DNA from: Candidatus Buchananbacteria bacterium
GTDB lineage: Bacteria > Patescibacteriota > Patescibacteriia > 2-01-FULL-39-33
Reading direction: 5' to 3'
DNA: 64,000 nucleotides
Assembly: GCA_903888345.1 (NCBI GenBank)
Contig: CAISTG010000036.1
Span: 1,988 to 65,987, forward strand
Positions 10,988 to 22,749 of the stretch are shown one piece after another. The notes below the pieces were generated by a model. That model did no database searches and was not told where the DNA came from. It saw only the letters and a program-made list of their open reading frames with translations. A program made the position numbers and the translations under genes. Position 1 is the first letter of the stretch; each line of letters begins with the position of its first letter.

Positions 10988-11311
10988 ATGAGTGCGGCAA
11001 AATCAAAAATTAAAAGTTCTGATTGGTTTATCATGATTATCTGTTCGCTAATGCTGGCGGTAATGGTTTTCTGGTATTTTAAAATAAACAGTCCCAGTGG
11101 GGAAGTAGCGCTTCCCGGCTCAGTAGGTTCTTTTCAAATTATTAATCATCAAGCACTAACAGAGTTAAAAGTTTTAAGACTTTGCGGTCAGTGGCCATTT
11201 ACGGCGGTCGTGCGAAGTGCTGATCGAGGTAATCCGTTCGTGCCGAAGAAAGCAGGAGTCACAGAGGTCGTAACTTCTTCGACGCCTGATTGTTTGTCCT
11301 TAAGTCAATAA
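10988..11311 (+). CDS. Small membrane-anchored protein in the PilP position
   Basis: N-terminal TM, RGNPF motif resembling PilP RDPF; gene order. Confidence 0.55.
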   Translation: MSAAKSKIKSSDWFIMIICSLMLAVMVFWYFKINSPSGEVALPGSVGSFQIINHQALTELKVLRLCGQWPFTAVVRSADRGNPFVPKKAGVTEVVTSSTPDCLSLSQ

Positions 11312-11314
11312 CCT

Positions 11315-13057
11315 ATGAATGAATCAAATTACCTGAGTAAAATAAAAGAATATCTATTGACCAATCATTTAATTGATGAGGTGAAATTTCGCGCGGCTCA
11401 AGTTAAATCGGAGCGCTCCGCTCGTGATTTGGAAGAGGTACTTTTGGATGATAAACTTTTTTCAGAGCGGGAATTTAATGATATTAAATCTAAAATTTTC
11501 AATTTGCCTGGGGTAGATTTATCAGAGCGGGAAGCTTCCACTAAGATTTTAAATTTGCTACCACAAAAAGTAGCCGATAATTATCAGGCAGTTATTTTTG
11601 AAAAGCAAGACAATAAAGTGAAGGTTGGTTTGGTTAATCCAGCGAATTTCTTGGCACATGACGCGATTGATTTTTTGGCTAAACAAAACGGTTGGCAAGT
11701 CGATTACTATGTCATTTCAGTCTACGACTTTCGTCGCTTATTCAAACAGTATGGCAGCTATAAAAAGGAATTAAGTAGTGCCTTAGAATCTGCCGAAGAA
11801 AAATTCGCTGTTAAAGACACTACCGCTGATCTGCCGGCTGGCGAACAATTTGATGAGCGTGTCAAGACTGCTCCCGTCGCCAAAATCGTTTCCGTGATTA
11901 TTAGACATGCTGTGGATGGTAAGGCCTCTGATATTCATATTGAACCGGGACGAACCGAAAGCCGTGTTCGTTATCGTGTTGATGGAGTTTTGCATACCTC
12001 ATTGAATTTACCTACTTATTTGCACAATACGGTCGTGTCTCGTATTAAGGTTATGGCAAATTTGCGCTTAGATGAAACGCGTTTGCCACAAGATGGACGT
12101 ATTCGCTCGCAAATTGACGGCAAGAATATTGATTTACGTATTTCGGTTTTGCCCATGCTTAATTCTGAGAAGGTGGTTATTAGAGTCCTTGACACTTCGG
12201 CTGGCGTTCCTTCGCTTAAGGCTTTGGGATTTTCAGATCAGCATGTGGCTATTATAGAACGTAATATCAAAAAACCATTTGGTGTAATTCTTTTAACTGG
12301 TCCGACGGGTAGCGGGAAAACCACAACCTTATGCTCGGTTTTAACAACTTTAAAAAGTGAAGCTTCAAATATCACCACTTTGGAAGATCCAATTGAATAC
12401 TATATTGATGGAGTTAATCAATCACAGGTCAACCCGGAAGTGGGTTTTACTTTCGCTGATGGTTTGCGGGCGATTTTGCGCCAAGATCCAAATATTATTA
12501 TGGTGGGAGAAATCAGAGATAGTGAGACAGCGGAGTTGGTTATTCATGCTGGTTTAACTGGCCATATGGTATTTTCGACTTTGCATACCAATAACGCTTG
12601 GGGCGCTATTCCGCGTATGATTGATATGAAGGCGGAACCTTTCCTATTATCTTCAATTCTTAATTTAGTTATGGCACAGCGTTTAGTGCGTAAATTGTGT
12701 CCTGATTGTCGCCAAGAAGAAACTTTGCCACCAGCCTTATTGGAGAAGATCGCTAAAGAATTGGCTGGCGTACCACAAGAGTATTTGGAAACCTTCACAA
12801 AAAATCCGAAATTTTTTCATGGTAAGGGTTGTGCGTCCTGCAATAATACTGGCTACTCCGGTCGTGCCGTTATCGCCGAATTACTGGAGATAGAACAAGA
12901 TTTGCGCGATATTATTTCCAAAGAAAATTTTGATTCGCAGGCGATTGAGGCGGCCTTTAAAAAACAGAAATACGTCTCATTGTTGCAAGATGGTATCGTG
13001 AAGGCGATGTCTGGTTTGACTTCCATTGACGAAATTATGCGCGTCATGCAAACTTAA
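11315..13057 (+). CDS. pilB: Type IV pilus assembly ATPase PilB (GspE family)
   Basis: ASDIHIEP, PQDGR, GPTGSGKTT, LRQDPNIIMVGEIRD, GHMVFSTLHTN, CPDC/CASC Zn motif. Confidence 0.93.
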   Translation: MNESNYLSKIKEYLLTNHLIDEVKFRAAQVKSERSARDLEEVLLDDKLFSEREFNDIKSKIFNLPGVDLSEREASTKILNLLPQKVADNYQAVIFEKQDNKVKVGLVNPANFLAHDAIDFLAKQNGWQVDYYVISVYDFRRLFKQYGSYKKELSSALESAEEKFAVKDTTADLPAGEQFDERVKTAPVAKIVSVIIRHAVDGKASDIHIEPGRTESRVRYRVDGVLHTSLNLPTYLHNTVVSRIKVMANLRLDETRLPQDGRIRSQIDGKNIDLRISVLPMLNSEKVVIRVLDTSAGVPSLKALGFSDQHVAIIERNIKKPFGVILLTGPTGSGKTTTLCSVLTTLKSEASNITTLEDPIEYYIDGVNQSQVNPEVGFTFADGLRAILRQDPNIIMVGEIRDSETAELVIHAGLTGHMVFSTLHTNNAWGAIPRMIDMKAEPFLLSSILNLVMAQRLVRKLCPDCRQEETLPPALLEKIAKELAGVPQEYLETFTKNPKFFHGKGCASCNNTGYSGRAVIAELLEIEQDLRDIISKENFDSQAIEAAFKKQKYVSLLQDGIVKAMSGLTSIDEIMRVMQT

Positions 13058-13128
13058 TCTAGCGAGCGCTGATTTCTTGTCGGTCTGTTCCGACCCACTA
13101 ATAAATAATTATTTAATAACTTAGTTGT

Positions 13129-13509
13129 ATGCCAAAAAACAAACAGATTAATATCTTAATTGTGGAGGACGATGTATTTTTAGCGGATTTGTATAAAACC
13201 AAGTTTACTTTGGAAGGATTTAAAGTAATTACCGCCTATGATGGTGAAAAGGGCTTGGAAGCTGCCAAGAAAAATTTGCCGGATATTGTACTATTGGACT
13301 TGGTCTTACCAAAACTCAGTGGTTTCGATGTTCTCAAAGGCATTAAGGCTGATCCGGCTACCAAGAATATTCCGGTAATTTTGTTGACTAATTTGAGCCA
13401 AAAGTCTGATGTAGAAACCGGCATCAAATTAGGGGCGAATGACTATTTGATCAAGGCGCATTTTATGCCATCAGAAGTGGTTGAAAAAATAAAAAAACTT
13501 ATCAATTAA
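13129..13509 (+). CDS. Single-domain response regulator (CheY-like)
   Basis: ILIVEDD, LLDLVLP phosphoacceptor, LT, GANDYLIK. Confidence 0.9.
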   Translation: MPKNKQINILIVEDDVFLADLYKTKFTLEGFKVITAYDGEKGLEAAKKNLPDIVLLDLVLPKLSGFDVLKGIKADPATKNIPVILLTNLSQKSDVETGIKLGANDYLIKAHFMPSEVVEKIKKLIN

Positions 13510-13519
13510 TTGACGGTTT

Positions 13520-14587
13520 ATGGAAGTGAGTCAGAACGCTGTGCTGCGTGATATTTTATCAGAATTGATTAAATTGCGGGCTTCCGATGTCCATTTTTCG
13601 GTTGGTAATTATCCTACTTTGCGTATTGGTCGCGAATTACGGTCGCTGGAGCAACGAGAGTTGATTAACCAGGAATTTATGGAAAAGTTGGTTAATTTTT
13701 TGTTAACCAAAGAACAGCAGGCCAAATTATATCGAGACAAAGAAATAATTATTGCCTATGATTTTGATAAACAGCTGCGTTTTAAGGTGATTATTTTTTA
13801 TCAGCGGTCCTTCTTGTCGGCGACTTTGCGGTATATTCCTCGCCAGCTTGCCACCTTAAGTGAATTGGGTGTAGCAGAAGTGATTTCCCAGTTTACTACC
13901 TTGAGTAGTGGTTTAGTAATAATTTCTGGCACTTTTGGTTCGGGGCGCTCATCCACGACGGCGGCTCTAATTGAGGAGATTAATCGCACCAAGAAAAAGT
14001 ATATTTTAACAATCGAGGATCCAATTGAATATATATTTGTTAATAATTTGAGCATTATTGAACAGCGTGAAGTTGGACGTGACACCAATTCTTTCGCTGA
14101 TGCCCTGAAGTATTTTCAGGAAGAAGATGGTGATGTGCTTTATCTAGAACAGATGTCGCCGTCAGAAATTATACCCTCAGTATTAGAGATTGCCAGTAAT
14201 TCTTTGGTGGTGACTTCGATGGCCGCAGATACGGCTACGAAAACAATTGCTGCGATTATCGATAGTTTCACCAGTTTTGATCAAGAACGAGTTAAGGATT
14301 TGTTGGCGAGTTCGTTGCGGGCGGTTGTTTGTCAAAAAATGATACCGCGGGCGGGCGGAGGAGTAAAAGTCATATGTGAAGTCTTATTGGCAAATAATTC
14401 TGTTAAATCCATAATTTCGAGTGGCAATATCAATCAATTGGAGGGCATTATCCAGACCTCGCGTCAGGAGGGAATGATTAGTTTTAACCAAGCCTTGAGT
14501 GAAGCCGTTAAAAGGGGAGAGATTAAACCGGCTGAAGCGCTGGCTCACGCTCCTAACGCGGCGGTCCTGCAAGATTTAATCCGTTAA
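13520..14587 (+). CDS. pilT: PilT/PilU-family ATPase with degenerate catalytic motifs
   Basis: ASDVHFSVG, TIEDPIEY, QREVGRDT; Walker A GTFGSGRSST, His box missing. Confidence 0.8.
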   Translation: MEVSQNAVLRDILSELIKLRASDVHFSVGNYPTLRIGRELRSLEQRELINQEFMEKLVNFLLTKEQQAKLYRDKEIIIAYDFDKQLRFKVIIFYQRSFLSATLRYIPRQLATLSELGVAEVISQFTTLSSGLVIISGTFGSGRSSTTAALIEEINRTKKKYILTIEDPIEYIFVNNLSIIEQREVGRDTNSFADALKYFQEEDGDVLYLEQMSPSEIIPSVLEIASNSLVVTSMAADTATKTIAAIIDSFTSFDQERVKDLLASSLRAVVCQKMIPRAGGGVKVICEVLLANNSVKSIISSGNINQLEGIIQTSRQEGMISFNQALSEAVKRGEIKPAEALAHAPNAAVLQDLIR

Positions 14588-14597
14588 TCTTATTACC

Positions 14598-15806
14598 ATG
14601 AGTATTTATCATTTTAAGGCGCGAGATAGTAAGGGCCAATATGTTGAGGGTGTCGTAGAGGCAATTTCGACCGAAGCTGCTGCCGAAATCGTCTCGGGTA
14701 AAAAACTGGCCATTTTGGAAATATCGTTACAGCCGTTAAGGTCACCCATTTTTTTGGCGGATTTTTTTGCTAAAAAGGTTTCTACCAAGGATTTAGTGGT
14801 TTTTTTTAGACAATTATCGGTAATGTTAGAAGCAAATTTACCTTTGGTTCGGGCTTTAAGGATCTTATCTCGACAAACCAAAAATAAGTTTTTTCAAAAG
14901 ATTATCGATGGTGCCGCAGACGAAGTGGATGGAGGTAGCCTTTTGTCGGCCGCGTTAGAGATTTATCCTCGAGTTTTCACCAAATTTTATGTAAATATTA
15001 TCCGCTCAGGTGAGACTTCTGGCCGTCTGTCTGAAGTCATGATTTATTTGGCTAATCAAAAGGAGAAGGATTACGACGTTGAATCAAAAGTTAAGGGGGC
15101 AATGATCTATCCCGCGTTTATTTTAGGTGCCTTAGCCGTTGTTGGTTTTATTGTTTTGACTTTTGTTATTCCGAGTATGACGGCGATGCTAGTCGAATCT
15201 GGAGTAACTTTACCACTTTTAACACGACTTTTGATTGGTTTATCAAATATTTTCAAAAATTACTGGTGGTTAATAATCTCATTGGTTTTGGCTTTTATCG
15301 TTTTCTGGAATTATTGGCTTAAAACCGAGATCGGACGCAAGTTTTTTGATGAGGCTAAGTTAAGGTTGCCAATTTTTGGCAAAGTATTTCAGAATATTTA
15401 TATCGTGAGAATTTGCTTGAGTTTTGCTACCCTGATTAAGGGCGGAGTGCCAATTGCTGTTTCGCTCGGGGTAGTTAAGGACGTTGTGGATAACGTTATT
15501 TATGAACAGATCTTAGTTACGGCCACTAAAAGCGTCGGTGAGGGCAATCAGATCGCTGCGAGTCTGGCTACGAGTCACTATATTCCGACCGTGGTCACTC
15601 AAATGATTGCCGTGGGCGAGGAATCGGGAAAGTTAGAGGAAATACTAGAAAAAGTGGCTGATTTTTACTCGCGCGAAATCGATAACACAGTTAGTAACCT
15701 CTCAAGTTTGCTCGAGCCAATTATTATGATTATTTTAGGGTTGGCAGTTGGCGTCTTTGTGGCGGCCGTAATTTTGCCGATGTGGCAACTCTCTTCCTCT
15801 TTTTAG
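14598..15806 (+). CDS. pilC: Type IV pilus platform protein PilC (GspF family)
   Basis: FFRQLSVML, GETSGRL, AMIYP, GEESGKLEE, LLEPIIM. Confidence 0.93.
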   Translation: MSIYHFKARDSKGQYVEGVVEAISTEAAAEIVSGKKLAILEISLQPLRSPIFLADFFAKKVSTKDLVVFFRQLSVMLEANLPLVRALRILSRQTKNKFFQKIIDGAADEVDGGSLLSAALEIYPRVFTKFYVNIIRSGETSGRLSEVMIYLANQKEKDYDVESKVKGAMIYPAFILGALAVVGFIVLTFVIPSMTAMLVESGVTLPLLTRLLIGLSNIFKNYWWLIISLVLAFIVFWNYWLKTEIGRKFFDEAKLRLPIFGKVFQNIYIVRICLSFATLIKGGVPIAVSLGVVKDVVDNVIYEQILVTATKSVGEGNQIAASLATSHYIPTVVTQMIAVGEESGKLEEILEKVADFYSREIDNTVSNLSSLLEPIIMIILGLAVGVFVAAVILPMWQLSSSF

Positions 15807-15857
15807 TTAAAATAAGTTGTTAAATGTGCTATAATAATAATGTCAGGCTGTGGAAAA
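15807..15857 (+). promoter_or_regulatory. Extended -10 promoter of the major pilin with a downstream DnaA-like box
   Basis: TGCTATAAT at 15827-15835; TGTGGAAAA at 15849-15857. Confidence 0.5.
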
Positions 15858-15951
15858 CTTTTTAAAAGGTCGAAATCAATTTTTTTACGGCTCAACATTT
15901 TATCCATTCGCGAATGGGAAAAAATTTTTATTTAAAAACTAATCAAACATT

Positions 15952-16350
15952 ATGAATAAGAAAGGTTTTACTTTGATCGAATTATTGGTGGTTATCGCCA
16001 TCATCGCCATTCTTTCTGCTGTCGCCGTCGTTTATTTAACTGACGCTCGTACTAAAGCTCAGGATGCCGCTGTTGCTTCTAATATCTCAACTGCTTCAAC
16101 TCAATTAGAATTGGATAGAATTGCTTCTACCACTTTCGCCGTTAATGGCGACATTGCTTCTATCATCACCAAATTGGGCGCTTATCCTTGCGCTGCTGGT
16201 AAGACTGGTTGGACAGCTATTGGTAATAGCGATTCTAGCAGTGTGGCTTTTTATGCTCAGAATTGTTCTAATTCTAGCTACTTCTGTGCTGATACCAATG
16301 GTTTTAGAGGTTCTAGCACTTTGGCCGCTCTTAACGGCGCTTGCCGCTGA
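15952..16350 (+). CDS. Type IV pilin, probably the major pilin
   Basis: MNKKG|FTLIELLVVIAII prepilin motif; own promoter and terminator; strong GCT/ACT/TCT codon bias. Confidence 0.88.
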   Translation: MNKKGFTLIELLVVIAIIAILSAVAVVYLTDARTKAQDAAVASNISTASTQLELDRIASTTFAVNGDIASIITKLGAYPCAAGKTGWTAIGNSDSSSVAFYAQNCSNSSYFCADTNGFRGSSTLAALNGACR

Positions 16351-16379
16351 AGATAGGTTGACTGTAAATTTCAAACATG

Positions 16380-16412
16380 AATCCGCCTCGGGTTACCGGG
16401 GCGGATTTTTTT
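16380..16412 (+). terminator. Intrinsic terminator after pilin
   Basis: AATCCGCCTCGG-GTTA-CCGGGGCGGATT followed by a T run. Confidence 0.85.
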
Positions 16413-16446
16413 AATGGTCGAGTTATGGTATAATATTAGTAAATAT

Positions 16447-16854
16447 ATGTTACAACGACTAAGATTTAAAATTATTTTATATTTGGCAATTTTCGCGATT
16501 TTGCTACTAGCTTTGGCATTTTGGATTTATCTGGCACGCGCGCAGAGTCGGGATTATCAGCGCTTGGCTGACTTAAAGATAACGCAAGATATACTGGCTA
16601 GTTATTATGGCAAATTTGCGACCTATCAATTGCCAAATTGTCTTGTCGGAGAAACAGTCAGTCAATGTTTGTCGACTAAAGTTGGTTCTCCGGTAATTAA
16701 CAATATTATTGACCCACTTAATAATACGTCTTATAGTTACGTTATCGGTAGTTTAGCGGACTCTGATTATGAGATTAATTTTTCCTTAGAGGTGGGTATT
16801 GGTGGTTTAAGCCGAGGCAATTATGTTTTAACAAAAAATGGCATTAGACGATGA
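16447..16854 (+). CDS. Pilin/GspG-like protein lacking a canonical prepilin motif
   Basis: Hydrophobic N-helix then ARAQSRDYQRLADLK...YY and DP..Y.Y motifs; ATG 16447 follows TGGTATAAT. Confidence 0.6.
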   Translation: MLQRLRFKIILYLAIFAILLLALAFWIYLARAQSRDYQRLADLKITQDILASYYGKFATYQLPNCLVGETVSQCLSTKVGSPVINNIIDPLNNTSYSYVIGSLADSDYEINFSLEVGIGGLSRGNYVLTKNGIRR

Positions 16855-17624
16855 TTTATCTTAACTTATTAGTAGTCTCTCTGGGCTTGGTAGTCGGCAG
16901 CTTTCTTAATGCCTTGATTTATCGAATTCATAGTGGCGAATCAATTGCGGCCGGTCGGTCAAAATGCCCACATTGTCAGCACTCTTTAACGATTAAAGAT
17001 TTGGTGCCTGTTTTAAGTTTTGTTTGGTTACGCGGACATTGCCGATATTGTCGTCAAGCCATCGCCTGGCAATATCCGGTAGTTGAAGCAGTAACTGCTT
17101 TGCTATTTTGGTTGGCCTTCAGTGTCAATCTTCAACTCTATCCGACTAATTGGGAGTTAGTAGCACATTGTTTCCGAGATTTTTTGGTTCTTAGTGCTCT
17201 GGTTGTGGTGTTTGTCTATGATTTAAAGTGGATGTTGATTCCTGACAGCGTTGTTTTACCGGTGGTGGTGGTCACAGTGATTATTAATCTATTATTGGGC
17301 CAATCGCTGCTGCAATTATTGCTGAGTCTAGCTATTGGTTTTGGTTTTTTTGCTATTCAATATTATTTTTCTGGCGGTACCTGGATCGGCGGTGGTGATT
17401 TACGCCTGGGTTTGTTAATGGGAGCAGTTTTGGCTTGGCCCAATTTGTTGGTCGCGATTTTCTTGGCATATATCGTGGGAGCGACGGTCAGTGTCGGACT
17501 ATTATTGACCAAGAAAGTCAATCGTAAAACTGAGGTACCTTTTGGTGTTTTTTTGGCGCCGGCCACCGTAGTCGCTTTACTGTGGGGTAGTCAATTGCTT
17601 AATTGGTATCTTTCTCTTTTATGA
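16851..17624 (+). CDS. pilD: Prepilin peptidase (A24)
   Basis: GSFLN, RSKCPHC...CRYC, GGGDL, PFGVFL. Confidence 0.93.
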   Translation: MIYLNLLVVSLGLVVGSFLNALIYRIHSGESIAAGRSKCPHCQHSLTIKDLVPVLSFVWLRGHCRYCRQAIAWQYPVVEAVTALLFWLAFSVNLQLYPTNWELVAHCFRDFLVLSALVVVFVYDLKWMLIPDSVVLPVVVVTVIINLLLGQSLLQLLLSLAIGFGFFAIQYYFSGGTWIGGGDLRLGLLMGAVLAWPNLLVAIFLAYIVGATVSVGLLLTKKVNRKTEVPFGVFLAPATVVALLWGSQLLNWYLSLL

Positions 17625-18130
17625 AACGAGGTTTTACCTTAGTTGAATTATTGGTGGCGATGGCAATTGTTAGTTTGTTGTCGACTTTTGTCGTTTTTAA
17701 ATATGTCGAAAATGATCAAGTAAAACATCTAAAAAATCAAGCGGAACTTATTATTGATGGCCTGGAAAAAACGCAAAATATGGCTTTGACCGGCCAAACA
17801 ACTAGTGACCGAACACCGCTAGCTTATCGTTTTCAGCTGGCGGAATGTACCACTGATTGTTCTTATCAAATAGTTGCTGTGTTTGCTGCTGATGGGCAGG
17901 ACGAAGAAGTCGTTGAGAATAAAAATTTCGGTCAAGCGCTTATAACAACTAATACTGGTCAGCCCTTGTTGGCAACTTTTAATTTACCGCGGGGCCGCTT
18001 AAGTCTTAATGACAATCAGGCGGATTCGGCTTGGGCACAGATTGCTAATGAGGATAGTTTCTTTTGTGTTAAAGTAATTGCTGTTTCTGGACGCCTCGAT
18101 TTGCTCAGTGGTGAATGTACTAATTTATGA
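17621..18130 (+). CDS. Minor pilin (FimT/GspH-like)
   Basis: MKRG|FTLVELLV at ATG 17621. Confidence 0.8.
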   Translation: MKRGFTLVELLVAMAIVSLLSTFVVFKYVENDQVKHLKNQAELIIDGLEKTQNMALTGQTTSDRTPLAYRFQLAECTTDCSYQIVAVFAADGQDEEVVENKNFGQALITTNTGQPLLATFNLPRGRLSLNDNQADSAWAQIANEDSFFCVKVIAVSGRLDLLSGECTNL

Positions 18131-18705
18131 TGAGGGCTAAAGGTCAAAGTTTAATTGAATTGATTGTGGCAGTCGCCGTAATTCAGGTCGGCTTGTTTAG
18201 TATTTGGTCATTATTTTTGGTGAATTTTAATGCCGAAAAGGAGGCGGAATATCGTATTGTTGGTGTTAATCTAGCACGCGAAGGCATTGAAGTTATTAAG
18301 AATATTCGCGATGCTAATTGGCAAAAACGTCAGTATAATGTTATGGCGAATGAAACTCAGATCTACTCTTGGGATCAGAATTTAACGGCTGGCACGTGGA
18401 GTGTTAATTTTTCTAGTCGTGTACCTAATGCCGAAACAATGTCCGCCTTATATTTTGATAGTGCAGGATTTTTTACGACCGCCAAGACGGCTAGTACAAC
18501 TCCGTATAGTCGTCAAATCAAAATTAAGAATATTTGTTGTGCGGATGCTAATAGTGACTATAAATGCGATAACACCAATTATTACCTCAGTTCAGATTAC
18601 TGTGCTTCAAAGATTGGTATTAATGTGGTTAGTCAAGTGAACTGGCAAATCACTGGGCATCAACGGCAATCAATTATTGAAGATAATTTATATGATTGGC
18701 AATAA
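18127..18705 (+). CDS. Minor pilin (PilV-like)
   Basis: KG|QSLIELIVAV; LAREGIEVIKNIRD. Confidence 0.8.
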   Translation: MMRAKGQSLIELIVAVAVIQVGLFSIWSLFLVNFNAEKEAEYRIVGVNLAREGIEVIKNIRDANWQKRQYNVMANETQIYSWDQNLTAGTWSVNFSSRVPNAETMSALYFDSAGFFTTAKTASTTPYSRQIKIKNICCADANSDYKCDNTNYYLSSDYCASKIGINVVSQVNWQITGHQRQSIIEDNLYDWQ

Positions 18706-19258
18706 CCAGTGGCGACAACAACGAGGCTTTACTTTGGCGGAAATGATTGTTACTGTCGGTGTGTTTGCTATTGCGCTTTCGATTGCTTCAGTTGTTATTT
18801 TGAGTGTGAATAAATTGCAGCAGAATACCGCTAATTTAGAAAAATTACAAAATGAAGGTCGCTACTTAATGGAAAAGATGGCCAAAGAAGTGCGTGGTCG
18901 AGCCTTGGATTATTCTCAGTTGTCTAGTGATCTTGATGGAGTCGCTAGCACTTTAGTTTTTAAACAAGATGAGTTGGGTGAGACTTTAGCTATCAGTTAT
19001 TTGCCTGACGACCAAGCCATCAGGTTAACTAGCGCTCAAGACGGCAGGACCAACTCCGCTAATCTAAATTCCGAGGAGGTGCTGGTAACATCGGCTAAGT
19101 TTATTGTTAATCCGCTTCTTGATCCGGCGACAGAAAGTACACCCCTAGAGCAGCCGCGAGTAACGATTTTACTAACTCTTAAGAATCGTGATGGGCGGGC
19201 AGAATTTCAAAAACAATTAACCTTACAAACCACCATTTCCAGTAATATTTATCGCTAA
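18692..19258 (+). CDS. Minor pilin (PilW-like)
   Basis: RG|FTLAEMIV; C-terminal LQTTISS; ATG 18692. Confidence 0.8.
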   Translation: MIGNNQWRQQRGFTLAEMIVTVGVFAIALSIASVVILSVNKLQQNTANLEKLQNEGRYLMEKMAKEVRGRALDYSQLSSDLDGVASTLVFKQDELGETLAISYLPDDQAIRLTSAQDGRTNSANLNSEEVLVTSAKFIVNPLLDPATESTPLEQPRVTILLTLKNRDGRAEFQKQLTLQTTISSNIYR

Positions 19259-19260
19259 AT

Positions 19261-20145
19261 ATGTTTAACGGTCAAACTGACAATCGAGGCGTAATCCTGG
19301 TCTTTACTTTATTGATTATGGCGATTTTATTATCTACCGCAATTGGTTTTTCTTATTTTATTATGAGCGACATCAATAAAGCGAAGGCGATCGATGATTC
19401 TATCATCGCTTATTACGCAGCTGATGCTGGCATGGAAGAATCTTTGTATCTTTATAAAAAAGAGCAGGTGGCACCGTCGTTAAATACCTTGAAGGCATTA
19501 CGGCCAACTGGTAAAACACTTGAATTGTCGGGTGGCGCTTGGAGTATTAATGATTCGACTGATTATGAAAAAGGTTTTTTGCGGCAACGTTTGTATAATG
19601 GCCAAAGTATTAAGTTTTTTGTTTTGAATCGTAATGCGGCGCAGCAGCCGAATGAGACTCAAAGTTTATCGGTTTATTGGTTGCGCGGGGAAGCAACGAC
19701 CGCTAAATTACAAGTGACCTTAACGCAACTAGTTCCGCAGCAGCAGGATGGCTCATTAGTTTATTATACGGACACCTCAGTTTTGGAGGCGGCGGATTCT
19801 GTTACCAATGCTAGTGGCCAGACCTGCTATTTATTGAAAAATTCTTCTTTACCGGGGAATCCGGTTTTAACTCAGCCGTCGGATTATGTGGCTGAATTGA
19901 AGGTGTTGGGGAGTCAACAGGACTTTGTTGACCGGATTGAAGTTAAAGCTTATAATAATTCCGAATGTAAGGATGTGGGAGTCAATGGTCTTAACGAACA
20001 AGGTATCACTAACGTGACTCTAAAGTCTCGTGGACATTATGGACGCGCTGATCAGAGTATTGTTGCTCAAATCGTGCCACAAGACCCAGTTTCGGGGTTG
20101 TTAGGATTTGTTTTGTTTTCCGAAAATGACATCACTAAGGAGTAA
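19261..20145 (+). CDS. Minor pilin (PilX-like)
   Basis: RG|VILVFTLL without Glu5; AYYAADAGMEE. Confidence 0.75.
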   Translation: MFNGQTDNRGVILVFTLLIMAILLSTAIGFSYFIMSDINKAKAIDDSIIAYYAADAGMEESLYLYKKEQVAPSLNTLKALRPTGKTLELSGGAWSINDSTDYEKGFLRQRLYNGQSIKFFVLNRNAAQQPNETQSLSVYWLRGEATTAKLQVTLTQLVPQQQDGSLVYYTDTSVLEAADSVTNASGQTCYLLKNSSLPGNPVLTQPSDYVAELKVLGSQQDFVDRIEVKAYNNSECKDVGVNGLNEQGITNVTLKSRGHYGRADQSIVAQIVPQDPVSGLLGFVLFSENDITKE

Positions 20146-20158
20146 TCATTGTCGTTAA

Positions 20159-22165
<2,007 letters not shown>

Positions 22166-22260
22166 ACTATTGACAAAACTCGTAGTTTATTATATATATA
22201 AATTATTGTTTGTAATTTAAATTATCAACCAAAGAAGCAACTTGAACAAGGAGCCGAAAA

Positions 22261-22623
22261 ATGAAGCGATCTAATGGATTTACTTTGATAGAGGTGGCAA
22301 TAGTTGTGACGATAATTTGCATTATGGCAGCGCTACTTATTCCTAGTCTTTCTGGTCAGAGGGACGAGTATTTGAAACGTCAATCCATGGTCATTGACTT
22401 ATTTAATGATCAGGAGGTGAAAGTGGAAAGTTGGATGTTTTATTGGGTAGTTGATGATATTGCCAGTGCGTGGTGCGTAAATCACAGTATTCCGGTTGAT
22501 CAGCGCCAAGCCAAGACTAAAGAGCTGATTGATAGATTCAAGTATTCGGTCAATAACGCCAAGATTAAGCTCTTGCCGCTACCGACAGAAAATAACACCA
22601 TCGCTGCAGGCAATTCGCAATAA
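22261..22623 (+). CDS. Orphan prepilin-motif protein (cassette C1)
   Basis: NG|FTLIEVAIVV; SD AAGGAG; TTGACA at 22170; own terminator. Confidence 0.75.
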   Translation: MKRSNGFTLIEVAIVVTIICIMAALLIPSLSGQRDEYLKRQSMVIDLFNDQEVKVESWMFYWVVDDIASAWCVNHSIPVDQRQAKTKELIDRFKYSVNNAKIKLLPLPTENNTIAAGNSQ

Positions 22624-22644
22624 TCTTGCTCATTTTGAACTATC

Positions 22645-22670
22645 GTCCAGACTCAGGTCTGGACTTTTTT
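22645..22670 (+). terminator. Intrinsic terminator of C1
   Basis: GTCCAGAC-TCAG-GTCTGGAC-TTTTTT. Confidence 0.85.
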
Positions 22671-22749
22671 GATTTTTGAAAGGCAATTATTGTTACTTGA
22701 TTTTTTGGGTGTTTTTGTGTTATACTCAAATCAAAATAGACACTAAATT

